Positions 13,661 to 27,539 of a DNA stretch of 64,000 nucleotides are shown one piece after another. Positions within the stretch are counted from its first letter, which is position 1, and the number at the start of each line of letters is the position of its first letter. Position numbers and translations under genes: made by a program. Under the pieces are notes generated by a model. The model did not search any database, was not told the DNA's origin, and saw nothing but the letters and a program-made list of their open reading frames with translations. Origin of the DNA: Octopus vulgaris (Eukaryota); NCBI GenBank assembly GCA_951406725.2, contig OX597816.1, positions 147,002,001 through 147,066,000 on the forward strand. Direction: 5' to 3'.

Positions 13661-13877
13661 CCCTTTAGCATTCAGATTACTCGGTCAAATGTAAAACCTG
13701 TTTAATCATATTTTTAAAATTAATTGTACAACCTCTTGTAACTCTTAGATTTTGATGATGTCCTGTTTATTTTTAAAACGACTTTTTAAGGTAGGTGTGA
13801 AAGGTCAGAGCTGCTGGTTTGAGCATAAAACAGGAAGGCAAGTTTGACTTGCTATGTCCGGTTGAAACACTAAAGAG
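13661..13877. mobile_element. piggyBac-type MITE with TTAA target-site duplication
   Basis: TTAA|ccctttagca...acactaaagag|TTAA. The TTAA copies are at 13657-13660 and 13878-13881, with short imperfect TIRs and no coding capacity. Confidence 0.7.
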
Positions 13878-14979
13878 TTAATATCCCAGTTAAAGGTAGT
13901 TGAAAAAATTTAACAGAATGGCCGCAAATTCTCCTTGGTATAATTTGTAAATCATTTCTCTAGGAAGCGTAGAAACGTTAGTTTAGTTTCTGTTGTGATT
14001 GCGTTGTTGTTTTCGATTTAAAATTATATTGATTATAAATTTGTGTCGATGTGTTTATCCTTTTAGATCGACAATAGCTATATATTCATAAAAGAAACAT
14101 GACTAAAATTTGTACGAATGCTAGAAAACTGCTTTGCAAATTATACCAAAGAGAATTTGCTGCCATTTTCTAAAATATGTAGACGTTCGACTACTTTTAT
14201 TTGAGATTTTAAACTCCATTGCGCCAAGTCATTTTCATTGCTAATTCACCAGGCACATAGCTACGCAGGAGTCAGGCTTCTGCTAATATTTAAGTGGGTG
14301 CTAACATGTTTAATGCTTTCGAACATTAAAACGCTAATGCTTACAATTATAAGATAATGCAGCTGAATTTTGTGAAGTATAATTCACGGCAAAACAATAC
14401 CGAGAAATCTATATATCAACGTGTCTGCATAGTTCGGTTTGGAACTATGCTCAGTCGGGAATGTTCACAGGAATTAAGGTCACTATTAAAGTTAAATGCT
14501 ATATTCAGTCAAGAAACTCGTTAGAAATAACTAACCTGTCTACCCCAATCTTCTACAATGCTTTTGCAGAATTACTCCACATAGCAGTTCGTTTGAGTGT
14601 TATTTATTATAGATGTTGTTTATAGAATGCTATCTTTGTATCGGTCAATTCTTTATTTGCGTAAATATTAGTTGTGTTAATAAAAAATTGAAAGTGTAAC
14701 CTGTTTATCTTTGACGCGTTTGAAAATGTAAACAACTTAACATATGTCACCTGTTCTAACAGCATGACTCCGGCATATTTAGAAGCATTCCAAAAGTAAA
14801 CACGTCGCGCTTCAACCCAGGCTAACCCGCGGTCCATTCGTGACTATTTGCCTTCGTTTTAAGCCAATCTCTTCCAGATCCTACATATCAACATATTCTT
14901 TATAATTTCACTTTTTAAAGACATTTCGGGTAATGTACAAAAATCAGATACGAGATGGCTATGGTTGGAATATCGTTTA

Positions 14980-15275
14980 TCTTTTATTTGTTTCAGTCAG
15001 TACACTGCGGCCATGCCAAAGCTGTACCCTGAAGAATTTATTCGAACAAATCAATATTTCTTTCTAAGAAATTTTATCGTTTTCTTTCTACCGAACCACA
15101 ATTTTACGAACCGAACGTAAACAAAACGACAGCAGTCTTCAAGCGTTTGTGGAGGCAAACACAAACACAAACACACACAAACACATATATGTGTGTATAT
15201 ACAAACACACAGCATGTATCTTTCGGATTTAGTCCGCCAAATCAACTGTCAAGTCTTTGGTAGCGATACCCTGGT
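14980..15275 (-). mobile_element. Degraded SINE family B copy
   Basis: ttgtttcagtcagtacactgcggccatgc and accgaacc...aacgtaaacaaaacgacagcag resemble the reverse complement of the family B 3' half at 50000-50165. Confidence 0.6.
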
Positions 15276-15701
15276 ACAGGAATTCCGTAGTTTCGAGGAG
15301 TTTTGAAACACCTCTTTGTCCCCACTATTGTCCCCAGATTTACTCTGAACTGCAGAAGGAACACTTCTTAGGGCACAACTTACTGGCTAATTAGCAACTG
15401 AACCACTGTGAGTGAAGGAAACCTAGTTCTCATTAAAAAAGTAAACCCTTAATAAAGAAAAAAAATTTTAATAAAACGTAGCTGGTTTCTGGTAGTCGCA
15501 TCCTCTATTTTACCATTAAGTTTCTTCTCGTTGCGCTGAATAGTAGCTTCAATACTATGCAACGCTTTATCCACTGAAACAAGTTCACACACACGAATGT
15601 GTTTAGCATATTGTCTTATTTTGTCAGGAGCTCACTTCCAAAGTTTGGGTATATATGTATTTTTGGATGCATACATACAGTTGCATATTTATATATGTGT
15701 G

Positions 15702-15733
<32 letters not shown>

Positions 15734-16386
15734 CATGTATGTATGTATGTATGTATTCATGCGTGCATGCACACGAGTATATCTGTATGTATGTATGTAT
15801 GTATGTATGTATGTATGTATGTATGTATGTATGTATGCATGTATGTATGTATGCGTGAGCTTGTACTGAAATGAAAACGATGCTAGATATAAAAGCTGCA
15901 GTTAGAGACCACACGAAACATGTTGCAACAGTGTCATAAATACTCTCACTTCTTTAAAATAACTGTTTTAATGATTATTTAATGAATTACTTTAGTTTCA
16001 ACACACACCCAAACATTTTGAGTAATACAAGCACACAAATACATCAAGAAGGCCAGGGAACAGAAGAACGAAGAAGAAAGAAGACATGCGCCCAACACCA
16101 AAGCTGAAGACACCTTCGAAATTTGTGGGGCACCACGTCAAAACGGTAGAGGAGTAGGGGCCGAAACCGGACGTGTTTCTTCACTATGATGTCTTGAGCT
16201 AACTAGATCCTATAAAGAAACGGTTGCGATAGCAGACAACGAAACACGGTTGAAATTCCTATGTATATATTTCTCTATGTAAATTTAATTCTTTTATTCT
16301 TTTGTACGCTTTAGTCGTACGGCTGGAGTCATGCTGGAATACCTCCGCGAAAATCAATATACTGCAAAGTTATAAATGGATGGACC

Positions 16387-16438
<52 letters not shown>

Positions 16439-16665
16439 CGGTGATTTAATAACGTAGATTGTTCTATTTTCTTTCTTCTTCGAAATTTTCAATACACGAA
16501 TCTTTCGTACGTTAATAAGGCTTATATTCCAAATAAATGTTAAACTGCATTTAAGTATATTGAATTCTTCCTTCTATGATATATGTTCTTAATCTTTATA
16601 TAATGAGATGTTACAAATCTCTCTCCCCTTTTCTCACTCTCTGCCTCTCTGTCTCTCTCTCTCTC

Positions 16666-16715
<50 letters not shown>

Positions 16716-17052
16716 CCTACTTGTATATATACATATTTATATACTTGTAAATATATAGAGATTTATACATTCATATACATATATATAAATATATATATAT
16801 ATGTATATGTGTGTATACATATATATAGATAGATACATACATAGATACACTTACATATATATTCATAAATACATCAATATATATACTTATAAATACATAT
16901 ATATATATATATATATATACATGCGTTTTTATATTATACATATATATAATATATATGTGTGTGTATACACATAATTACGTATATATACGCACACATGCTA
17001 GTGTATTTCTACGTTTCCACACATGCATGTATATATATATATATATATGAAT

Positions 17053-17130
<78 letters not shown>

Positions 17131-17765
17131 GGATGGATGGATGGATGGATAGATAAATAGATAGATAGATACAGAGGCAATGTTTTGAAGTATTTTCTTT
17201 TACGAATCTTGTAGCATATTATTTGAAATATTTTTCATTAATCTCTCTTATTGGCTTTGCTTTGATTCATCTCTTACGTGGGATTTATATTTTTCTTTAT
17301 TGATTATATTCGGTCTTAGATTCGCGTATTGAAAGAAGAATACCGAGCACATTACATTTTTCATTTGCATTCTAAAACGGTAGCCTATTATGAGATCAGT
17401 GCTACATTTGTGTTCGATCGATTGCTCAGGAAACGGATAAATTTTAATACAGATTTGTTCGCCAAGGACGTTGCACGAGTAATCGCTTCCACTTATTTGC
17501 CTCTATCTTCAGAAAGCAATTTGATGGATATGGGAGTGGGTCATGGAGTATTAATATAAAATATTAAACTAAATAATCCATATCTTCTTTTGCCAAAGCG
17601 AGACGTGAGGAACTTGCTTGTTTGTTTCGTCATTGTTTTTTCCTGAATATATGTTATGAATTATATTAATCTTGTTTACTACAGAGAATTCACGGGTATA
17701 TTAACATAATAAAATAAATATATACGTTCACATACACACATGCACGATACATAAATACACACGAA

Positions 17766-17807
<42 letters not shown>

Positions 17808-17817
17808 AATACATATA

Positions 17818-17876
<59 letters not shown>

Positions 17877-17890
17877 TTTGATAGGTTTAC

Positions 17891-17937
<47 letters not shown>

Positions 17938-18043
17938 TATATGCATATATATATATATGGGTATGTGTGCGCGTGTATGTACGTATACATATATATAGGC
18001 ATATATACATATATATATACATACACATATATGTACATATATA

Positions 18044-18116
<73 letters not shown>

Positions 18117-19329
18117 AGAAACAAAGAATTAATCGTAAAGCGTACACCAAAAGAAATGAATAATTTTCTGAAAATGTGGAAATGAATTCACGTATCTCTG
18201 TGATTGAATGAATTTTTGAATATTAAAGCGAGTGCTAGAATAAACATGAAAATGCTTTGCCGACGAACACCAAGAGAGATAAAATGATATTGAAAATTAG
18301 TAATAAAATAGAATACCACTAACCGAAATATACATTCACATTCTTACATGCACGCAACCAATTTAAACAGGCATGCACTGTGCTTAACATATGTGTGTGT
18401 GTTTGTGTGTGTGTGGTAGTCGTTTGTAGGTGTGTGTGCGTGTGTGCATGCGTGTGCGTGATTCTGTATTTGTGTGAAGAGAGACAGCGGGAGAGATTGG
18501 GAATAAGGAAATTGTTGCGTTGGAGAATTGTTTTAAAATATATGTACACTATATGCAGGTTCTACTTTTAACATTCACTTTTCGCATATTACTGGAAATA
18601 GTCTTTTTCTCCATATCACAAAAGTGATTATAAATATCCAGTATAATGAGATAATTTCCAGCTCCATGTCTTCCTAAATTACATGATAGATTTTAAATAT
18701 GTCCTCTGAATATTGTTATGATCAGGAGCCGTGACAGCTGTTCAAAAGAATGGAAGCAATATGGAGAAGAAAATAATAATATTGAAACAAGCAGAGTGGA
18801 GTTTTGACCTTAGAAGTTCTTCCCATTTTTACACACATGAAATCAGGTCATCTGCGAAATCTAATGACAGCAGTGACCGAGATGTGCTGGACTGATATGT
18901 TGATAAATCTCAAACAGCAGTGTTGGCTCAAGATGATCTCCCATCCAGAAAGCTTTGCATGGAACACAGTAGATTTTCAAGTAATTCCTTGTATTTACAA
19001 CTGATAAATAAATATCTATAGAAAGACCTTATCAAAGGTTAACATGGAAGATGTAGATGCTCATAAGTTTATATTCACACTTTGCCTAGAGTACGTTCTG
19101 CTAAACTGCATCAAACATTCTTTAAACACTCTATTTATGACACATATATGCTAACCTACGTAAGAACAGTTGTTCTATATTTAGAAAAATGTTAGTCGAA
19201 GATATATTGGGCATATGTTGATATATTATGAGATAAAATGCAGCTGTTTTTGAAGTGCAATACAGAGAGGAAGTCTATGCGAGCACTCAATTTTTAATGA
19301 AGGTAATAGTTGTATATTTCATAATTTTT

Positions 19330-19985
19330 GCGTATATATTGTTCTCAAAATCATGACGCATTTTCGTTTATTTTATCCTTAATGTTTCCTTATTCATGAT
19401 TATTGCCACCAGAGATCTTCATCTATTAAAATGTTTTCAGAAAATCAGTCTATGTAATTCTTCTGCGGTCTTTATCAATGGCTTTGTCGATCAGTAATAT
19501 ATCTCCCCAAACATAGCTTTTGCGGCATTCATGTTTGATGTCACGTCTTCTTATCGAAGCTTATTTATCATCTGCGACATTATTATAATACCAGTTGTTT
19601 GTAGATTTAATAACTTATAATTTCTGTGTCTTGAGGATTGATGTCGTTCAGAAAGCCAGTCAGTAATTGTATTTTTGGTCAGTCAGCGATTTTAATAATT
19701 TCTGACAGTTGATAAATAAACATATATAAAAAGACCTGGTTGAAAAAGTCAACATTAAAACTGCAGAAGCTATGTTTGGCAATATATATTACAGCTCAAC
19801 AAACCATAGAAAAAGTCTGAAGAAGAATGAAGCTTCTGCGCATCACATGAGTTGATTGCTTCAACACATTTAACAAAGTGCCTTACACGAAGAACTCTGT
19901 GGTAAATACCCACGTGTAAAACACACATACGATAAGGAAGTACATTAAATCGGTCGTGATTTTATGGATAACATTTAGACATAGC
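19330..19985. mobile_element. Old fold-back / MITE-like element with long diverged inverted arms
   Basis: taatatatctccccaaacatagcttttgcgg (about 19495-19525) pairs with ctgcagaagctatgtttggcaatatatatta (19761-19791). Other nested pairs are ccaccagagatcttc/gaagaactctgtgg, ttccttat/ataaggaa and aaaatcatgac/gtcgtgatttt. Confidence 0.6.
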
Positions 19986-20111
19986 CACAAAAATAAACAA
20001 TTATTCAATATAAACGTCATTCGATGTGGAATATTCTTATAGGTTCCTACTCTCCACAGCAATCCACAAAAAAACTGTAATTTTTATCTGTTAATATATC
20101 AACATATCTAA

Positions 20112-20328
20112 GGCTACGAGCTCTCAGCATCCTGAGCACGTTGAGTAAAATACTTTGCGGCATTTCGTCTGTCTTACATTCTGAATTCGTGTTCAGTCGA
20201 AGTCCACTTTGCTATTCATCCTATTCGGGTTAAATAAATTCAGTATCGGTTCAGCACTGGATCAGTTCTGTCAGGTTCCACTTACCCCAAATTAATATCT
20301 ATCATTGTTCCAAAATTTGAAATCAATA
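20112..20328 (+). mobile_element. Degraded SINE family A copy
   Basis: ggctacgagct...gcggcatttcgtctg...actttgctattcatcctattcggg...ccaaaatttgaaatcaatat is colinear with 40192-40410. Confidence 0.7.
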
Positions 20329-20680
20329 TATCAACTTATCTTCGCCTAGCTATATTCTAAGTAAAGAGAGAGTTCTCTAGCGTAGGTCAGGAGGTATGTG
20401 CTATGAACAGAATAGTTAAATAACTTTTCACTTCATTTGACAGAACGAACTGGACGCAAATCTACATTGCAAGATGCTGTTCAGTAATCGTATAGTTTTT
20501 GCGTGTTGTCACTATATTATTGAGTGCAGCTTCCTGTGACTTAAAAAAAGGATATAATATATTTTGGCTTCGTATTATTTCCTTTTTATATTCAAAGTAA
20601 CATGTAAGGCCATAGAGGAGCCATTTCCTTTCTTGGTGCTTCTTGACAACAATATCCGGCAGTTCTCTCATGTTTTTTAA

Positions 20681-20783
20681 CTTCTTCTTCTTTTTCTTCT
20701 TCTTCTTCTTCTTCTTCTTCTTCTTCTTCTTCTTCTTCTTCTTCTTCTTCTTTATATTATTAATATTATTATTATTATTATTA

Positions 20784-20814
<31 letters not shown>

Positions 20815-20826
20815 TTATTATTATTA

Positions 20827-20858
<32 letters not shown>

Positions 20859-20860
20859 TA

Positions 20861-20925
<65 letters not shown>

Positions 20926-20948
20926 CATTATAATTATCATTACTATTA

Positions 20949-21015
<67 letters not shown>
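20681..21015. repeat. (TTC)n-(TTA)n microsatellite
   Basis: Visible directly in the sequence. Confidence 0.95.
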
Positions 21016-21019
<4 letters not shown>

Positions 21020-21400
21020 TAGTTTTATTTTTATAGCGTGCTTTCACTTCACTACCGAGCGCAGCTCTGTGTGCCTTGGGTATGTGCTGTGATTTGTTGT
21101 GATGCTCTGTATTGTATGGAAAGTGTTCTGCGTAGGATGTGTGCAGTGTCTAGTAGTGCAATTTTCTGTATGTTATATGTGTTTGTAAGTCTTGGTGTTT
21201 TTATTATGTATTTGTCTCAATATTTTTTATCATGCCTAATGCACCTAATATGATAGGAATTGTTTCTGTTTTTAGATTCCACATTCTGGTTACCTCTATT
21301 TCCAGGTCTTTGTATTTTGAAAGTTTCTCTATTTCTTTTAGAGACACGTTGTCATCTGCCGGTATTGATACATCAATTAGAAAGCATTTTTTTCTTCATG
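21016..21400 (-). mobile_element. R4/Dong-type RLE LINE 3' end (family Dong-A)
   Basis: Minus strand reads KKCFLIDVSIPADDNVSLKEIEKLSKYKDLEIEVTRMWNLKTETIPIILGALGMIKK..QKIALLDTAHILRRTLSIQ. It has the same 3'UTR as 11489-11720 and minus-strand (TAA)n on both sides. Confidence 0.9.
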
Positions 21401-21407
21401 AAAAAAA

Positions 21408-21472
<65 letters not shown>

Positions 21473-21764
21473 GGATAAACAAGTGGATGGGGCGTCAGTT
21501 CTAAAGAGAACTTGATATTTGTAACATGCCATTTAAATCCGCTTTACTAGTACTTCCAAATATTTGTTGTATCAATCCGCTATTAAGATATAATGACGCA
21601 GATGATAATGATAGTTATGTTCTAACAAAAAAACAGGCAATGGCATTTGGTCGCTTTTCAATGATTATTATGGAAATAATATTGATATGCTTTATGTGGC
21701 TTAGGGTAGAAACATTAATCATGATGAGTTGCAACAAATTATTAGTCTTGATAGTGATAATATT

Positions 21765-21970
21765 CCTTTCCAAAATAGGTATAAAGCCTTAAAGTTTGAG
21801 GAAAGGTGATAGCGTATTACAACGACCATTTTGTCCACCTGGTACTTATTTCATCGACGCCAAATGTGAAAATACAAAGTCGACCTCAGTGATATTTGAA
21901 TGTAGAACGTTAAGCAGGAAGTAACGTTGCATTGTCTGTAACGCTAAGTATTTTACTATCCCACTGCCAT
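21765..21970 (-). mobile_element. Degraded SINE family A copy
   Basis: ctggtacttatttcatcgac...aaagtcgacctcagtgatatttgaa matches the reverse complement of the family A core and B box. Confidence 0.65.
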
Positions 21971-22939
21971 CTTGATGGTAATAGTGAAGAAAACAACAAA
22001 GATATCAGTAAGCCTCTTCAATTTGTAATTATTAAATAAGGAGCAATTTCAAATGTCGAAGTTGTCACTCTATTTTTGAAACTAAACACATTATTACTGA
22101 ATACTTATGAGTGAGTCTGAGTTATAATCGCCAGTCAGGCCTGGAAAGTTAAATATTTATGTTAGGTGTAGTGAGTTTATAAGGAGTAAATGTTATTAGA
22201 GAAAGGATTACGAGGAGTTTCAGTTTTGTAGAACAGTTTCGAATACGGTTTCAGTCCTTGATCAATAAAATAAAGGGAGAAAGCGATTTGAAAGTGCGAG
22301 AATATTCGACGATGAAAATTGATTGCGTGAAACACAGTCAGTAGTATTTAGTTTAAAAGAAAAACAGAGATCAAATAGTTCGACTAAAAAGTGTAAATAT
22401 ACTCAAACTCTGTAGAGAATAAGCAACAAATTCGTGCATAGTGAAGATGCCAACGATCGCTCGGTTCAAAATCTCTCTTGACCAAAAATGGCCTGAAATC
22501 TTTGTATGACCACTCTCCCTGTACATAACTCCCTGTCCCCCTACATGGCCTTGCTTTTGCTTTTTGAGCCAATAAAAAGTGAATTGAATTGGACACAATA
22601 CAGCGCGTCAGAAACAATGTCTTGCAGTTTTCGATTAGATTCTAAACGCTCTGTTCCCAAATACTAACGACACCACAATGCCTATAATATCAAAATACCT
22701 ATTATTTCAAGTTTAATATACAGAGTTTGAGTTCCGAGTGTGTGTATCATGTCTTTTTTCTTATTTGCTCTCCCCACTCACACTCACTTCCTCCTAACAC
22801 ATTGGTCGTTTTCAGAGCTGAAGTATAATGACACCCTGTAGGTCTTAGATTCTCAAGACACGTCGTATATTATCACTGTGCCCGTACACTTCCATTGGGA
22901 CTTAAGAGACATTCAGTTATATATGTGTATATGCATGTG

Positions 22940-22971
<32 letters not shown>

Positions 22972-23099
22972 TGTATGTATGTATGTATGTATGTATGTAT
23001 GTATGTATGTATGTATGTATATATGCATGTATGTATGTATGCATGTATATAGGTATGTATGTATGTATCTGACTGCGTGTCTGTTTTAGCTTCCCCTTT

Positions 23100-23830
23100 C
23101 CTATTTAGGGTTAATTTTGACCGGCGACCATCTTGCTATCAAAAGTGTGAAGGAAAACATATTTTATTCCTCATCATTAAAATCATCCAAATGCCTTGCT
23201 CATATGTATTGTCCAAGATATCGTATTCAGTTGCAGTTTGTGTATTAATGAGTTGCATACCCTCCCACCAAGTCAAAGTCCAATTACACTTTGCTCGAGA
23301 CCAGCTGATATGAATCCTTTTACTCCAAATGGAATAGGTATTAAACATTATCTTGGGCACTGAATTTGCAAACTTCTCATCGGTTGTCGATAAATGTTCT
23401 CTTTCTCTTGTATTTATCAGATCACACTGGAGTCCAGAAGACATCTGGTTTCCACGGAAGAGCATTTTTCTTTTGTTCTCACGGAATGATATCTGGTTGC
23501 TTGTCTTTTAATTTGGTTGCTGTTTTAATTTTTAAGTTCCACCAATATTTTCTTTTAGTCCATTTACTCTCAATAAAGTTCACTGTCAGCTAATATTTTT
23601 GTTTACTTTTCGTAATTCTGTCACAGATTATTCTCGCCACTGCATCAGCTAGGATTGATTTCATAAAGTTGTTGGCACACAGTGCCAAGTTTTGATATGA
23701 TATATCCCCTTTATGTTTTGCATCGTGCCAAATGACTCCGTGCTACCACCTCAGCGAACTGATCGATTTTTCTTCTTCAGACAGCAAGATTTTATCAATG
23801 TTCTTTAGAAAGAGATCTGCATCAGCTCTT
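23100..23830 (-). mobile_element. Decayed R4/Dong-type RLE LINE fragment (a further family)
   Basis: Minus strand reads KYWWNLKIKTATKLKDKQPDII..QEKENIYRQPMRSLQIQCP..IPIPFGVKG. This resembles the RLE domain pattern WWN..I.T..K..H..PDI...EKE..Y..L..LQ. Confidence 0.65.
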
Positions 23831-23872
23831 ATTTTCATCTTATGTGTGCATTAATGTGTGTAAATCTATGTG

Positions 23873-23907
<35 letters not shown>

Positions 23908-25413
23908 TTGCACGCGTGCGTCTGCATATACGTGTGTTTATATACGTATGTATATGTGTGTGTGCATATGTGAGCTCCTTATGATGTATTAGATATACTG
24001 AATGCTTTTGCTGGTAGCGAAGTTCATTCATTTTTTATTTTTGGTTATGCATTACAAACTAATGTTAAAACATTGTTTCATAATTATACGGAAGAAATGT
24101 GTCTGTGTACTAAAGATATCTTTCTTTTCATAACTATTTATTATGTGAAGATAATTAATTCCAGATTGCCTCATAAAATGTGCTTAGCTACATACAAAAT
24201 TCTGTTCGTGCATTCGTGCATTTATAATTGTTCTTCCTCAATATTGTCCCCAAACATTCTGTTCAGTACTGAGACGTGACTACTTTTGCTTTGCAATCTT
24301 CTATGTTTCTGGGTTTTGTTTTGTCAATTAATTTATATTCTGCAAGCCAAGTAGAAAAGGTGTAACCATTCTTCAATTATGTATTTTATGACTAAAGTAT
24401 TTCAAATTAAAACTACTATTAATAAACAAGAAACTTGATTTTGCCTTCCAAATATGTGTATATTTTCCAGTATGTGATATATTTATTTACTAATGCAACA
24501 ATATATGGATAGTGTTTCGAAATCTAACATACACGTTTCTCTAACTGCTCTCTTTTTCTCTCTCTTGCTCTGTCTCACTCTCTCCATTTCTCTTTCTTTC
24601 TCTTTCTCCCTGCCTAATATATACATATGTAAGTCTTTTTTTAATGTGTATGCATGTCTCCATCGATATGTACCATTGCAATATATGACATGGTCATATA
24701 CCTTCGCCATTTCGGAAATACTCATACCTAAGCAAGTGTGTTCAATAACCAGCACGTTACTTAGAGAAATTAACATAAATAACCTAATATTATCATTATA
24801 ATCTAGGATAGTTAATCCACCCAAATCGCATTTGCATATTATTTGTTAAAAAATCGGGCCGGAAAAGTGAAAGTTGCAATGAAATTATTAGTATAGGTTT
24901 GGTATCGTTTGATAATTAAGCAACTTATAAGAGGCCTCTAGTAAATTATCAGACGAATATGAAACACACATATAACACACATATTTAATCAAAATAAATT
25001 GAACAAAGCACATAGAGTTAGAGGGAAGATTTCAGTGCATTTTAGCAAACTAATTTTCAAATATCAGCATTAGAGTGTGTGACATAAGTATATATCTACA
25101 TACCTACATAGATAGTTACATTATATATATATGTGTGTGTATGTGTGTGTGAGTGTGTATGTGTGAATGTATATTTAAAAGCTTTTGCAAAAGCTACATC
25201 ATGCAGTTAAAATTTTCTTAAGGTATTTTTTTTTAAGTATTAAATATTAAAACTATATTAGGATAACAGAAAATTATCAACATTTGTACAATATGTTTTT
25301 GCATTCTGTGTAATTTGCATGTAAGTGCTTTCGTTGTTCAACATTTCAGACACATATTCAGGGCTAATGCATTTCTTTAAATATATTTATGCTTGTATGT
25401 ATGCGTGTATGTA

Positions 25414-25459
<46 letters not shown>

Positions 25460-25560
25460 GGAGTAAACACATAAATGTGAAACAAGGTGGAAAAAGAGTA
25501 CTCAAATACCAGTGGTAGAGTAATATGCTTTATTTTAAGCAGCAGAAAATTCAACAAAAT

Positions 25561-25598
25561 CTGTTACTCTGAGTTTCTCGTTGCCGTTCATCAGACAG
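25561..25598 (-). ncRNA. Minimal type-I hammerhead ribozyme motif
   Basis: Minus strand reads ctgt-CTGATGA-aCG-gcaa-CGa-GAAA-CTC-a-GAG-TA-acag. Stem I is ctgt/acag, stem II is short and GNRA-capped with an A.A mismatch at its base, stem III is ACTC/GAGT and the triplet is GUA. AATAAA lies downstream. Confidence 0.7.
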
Positions 25599-25612
25599 TT
25601 TTTGTTAGAATG

Positions 25613-25648
25613 GTCTGATGAACGGCAACGAGAAACTCAGAGTAACAG
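25613..25648 (+). ncRNA. Second, inverted copy of the same hammerhead motif with truncated stem I
   Basis: gt-CTGATGA-acggcaacga-GAAACTCAGAGTA-acag. Only 2 bp of stem I remain. Confidence 0.6.
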
Positions 25649-25680
25649 ATTTTGTTGAATTTTCTGCTGCTTAAAATAAA

Positions 25681-25849
<169 letters not shown>

Positions 25850-25854
25850 TAAGC

Positions 25855-26095
25855 AAAATAAGACAAGGTAGAAAATGATAAAATAATGTTATCATGAAGA
25901 ACATTTTAGTACTAGTTTCAGTCTTTGCGACTTTTTCAACTTAGAGAAAAGCATGAAAACAATTAAATTGTGGAAAAATTAAATGAAACGTTTTTTTAAA
26001 TATTTCCGTTGTTTTCAAATGCAAGGGATATTTTCCTTGTCTTTCTATCACTGACTCTCTTCTTACTCATGTGAGATCTTGGTAGCAGATAGCAG

Positions 26096-26130
<35 letters not shown>

Positions 26131-26828
26131 CATCCTAATATTCGAGGAGTTCTTGGTTTTGATTGTTTAAGCAGCAGTAGTAGCAGAGAAAGGCGACGAC
26201 GACGACGACGACGAACAATAAGAATAAGAAGAAGAAGGAGGAGGAGGAGGAGGAGGAGGAAGAGGAGGAGGTAAAGAAGAAGAAGAAGAAGAAGAAGAAG
26301 AAGAAGAAGAAGAAGAAGAAGAAAAAGAAGAAGAGGGAGTAGCAAAAGAAGGGATAGAATAGTAAAAAAAAAGGCGAGAACGGTATGACAGTAGTAGGAT
26401 GTTGGTGGAATCCACTTAAATTGCCATGTAACCCAAGGGTGACCCGTTGACGTTGTAATAGTAGTGCTTGGAATTGTTCTGAATAAATTCATGGGTAGTG
26501 ACTGTTATATATCGCTTTTAATATTGTTGCGTGTGTAATATTCTAAGGCCCTTACAAAAGTGTCATTTGTGGTGGACGCATTCAAAAGGGGTTTATATTT
26601 TGTGATAAAATATAACTCTTTACTAATGCGCTGGCTACAGGTTGCATCATCCCTGAATTCTGAAGCTGATTGTTTGTTCGTGGCGCAAATGTCGATGTGT
26701 TCGCTGAATGCTATTTTTCTGTATTCCCGAATTTTGTTCTGGGATCTATGCAGATCCATGAAACCAATGTTAGTCAGGTTAATCGACAAATAAAGAAAAT
26801 TTATCCACCACTGCAGTGTTGAGCACTC

Positions 26829-26830
<2 letters not shown>
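25855..26830 (-). mobile_element. 5'-truncated Penelope-like element: GIY-YIG C-terminus, 3'UTR/pLTR and inverted pLTR piece at the 5' end
   Basis: ORF 26505-26870 contains REYRKIAFSEHIDICA...QRISKELYFITKYKPLLN, matching the PLE EN C-terminal R..KE..FI..Y.P.LN pattern. A hammerhead-like motif lies downstream at 25908-25941. Plus-strand GAAACcaatgttaGTC...aataaa lies at 26760-26793. Confidence 0.72.
25908..25941 (-). ncRNA. Degenerate hammerhead motif in the putative 3' pLTR of the adjacent PLE remnant
   Basis: Minus strand reads ag-TTGAAAA-AGTC-gcaaa-GACT-GAAAC-TA-GTA-ct. It has a 4-bp stem II and palindromic ACTAGT stem III, but the core box is mutated. Confidence 0.5.
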
Positions 26831-26865
<35 letters not shown>

Positions 26866-27539
26866 GACAAGACATAATGTTTGCCTCTTCTTATGGTAAC
26901 AAGAAGTGCTCAAATGTAATTGAAACAGAGATAAAAAAAAAACATTGATCAGAGAACAAATATCAAATTCGAGTCAACGACCTTAGCCTCCAAATATTTG
27001 TTCATGTATAAACGTTACCATGGTCCTTAGACATATAAAGTATAAATATATAAAAAACACAGAAGGTAAAAATATATATGCGAATAAAAATACAAATATA
27101 TAGAACCGCCTACCAAGAAGGTATATACAATGGACTAAAAATCTAAATAAAATATCCATTGGATAAAAACGTTTTCTTACTCCCCTCAAACATAGTATGT
27201 CAAAAAAGTACATTTCATAAAAAGCATGGTAGGTTGGAGTACGGGAGCAAAAAAGGTTCCACAAAATCATGTCAAACACATCTATGCCCATTTCGGGGGT
27301 TCATTGCTTCGGTTCGATTACGAGTTATATATATATATATATTTCCTCTATTTACATAATATCGAGAAATTACCCATTCATTTTCCTAAATTATTCGGTA
27401 GAAATGAATTGAGTATGCTTATTTGTTAGTATTTGAAATATTAGATTTGTTTTCGCAATTTATCCAGTACAATCCTTAAACAAGTAAATAGTACATTTCT
27501 AAACTTATTTCGGTTAGTGATTTATTTACGAATATACCA

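Noticed and set aside
16180-16235. ctatgatg...gaaacggttg as a hammerhead remnant
   Set aside because: The core is broken and stem I/II pairing is unconvincing.
17320-17560. ORF 17329-17559 as a host exon
   Set aside because: No recognisable domain, and the splice signals are no better than chance.
22320-22540. Possible mariner 3' end remnant
   Set aside because: Only vague similarity, with no matching second TIR or clear peptide motif.
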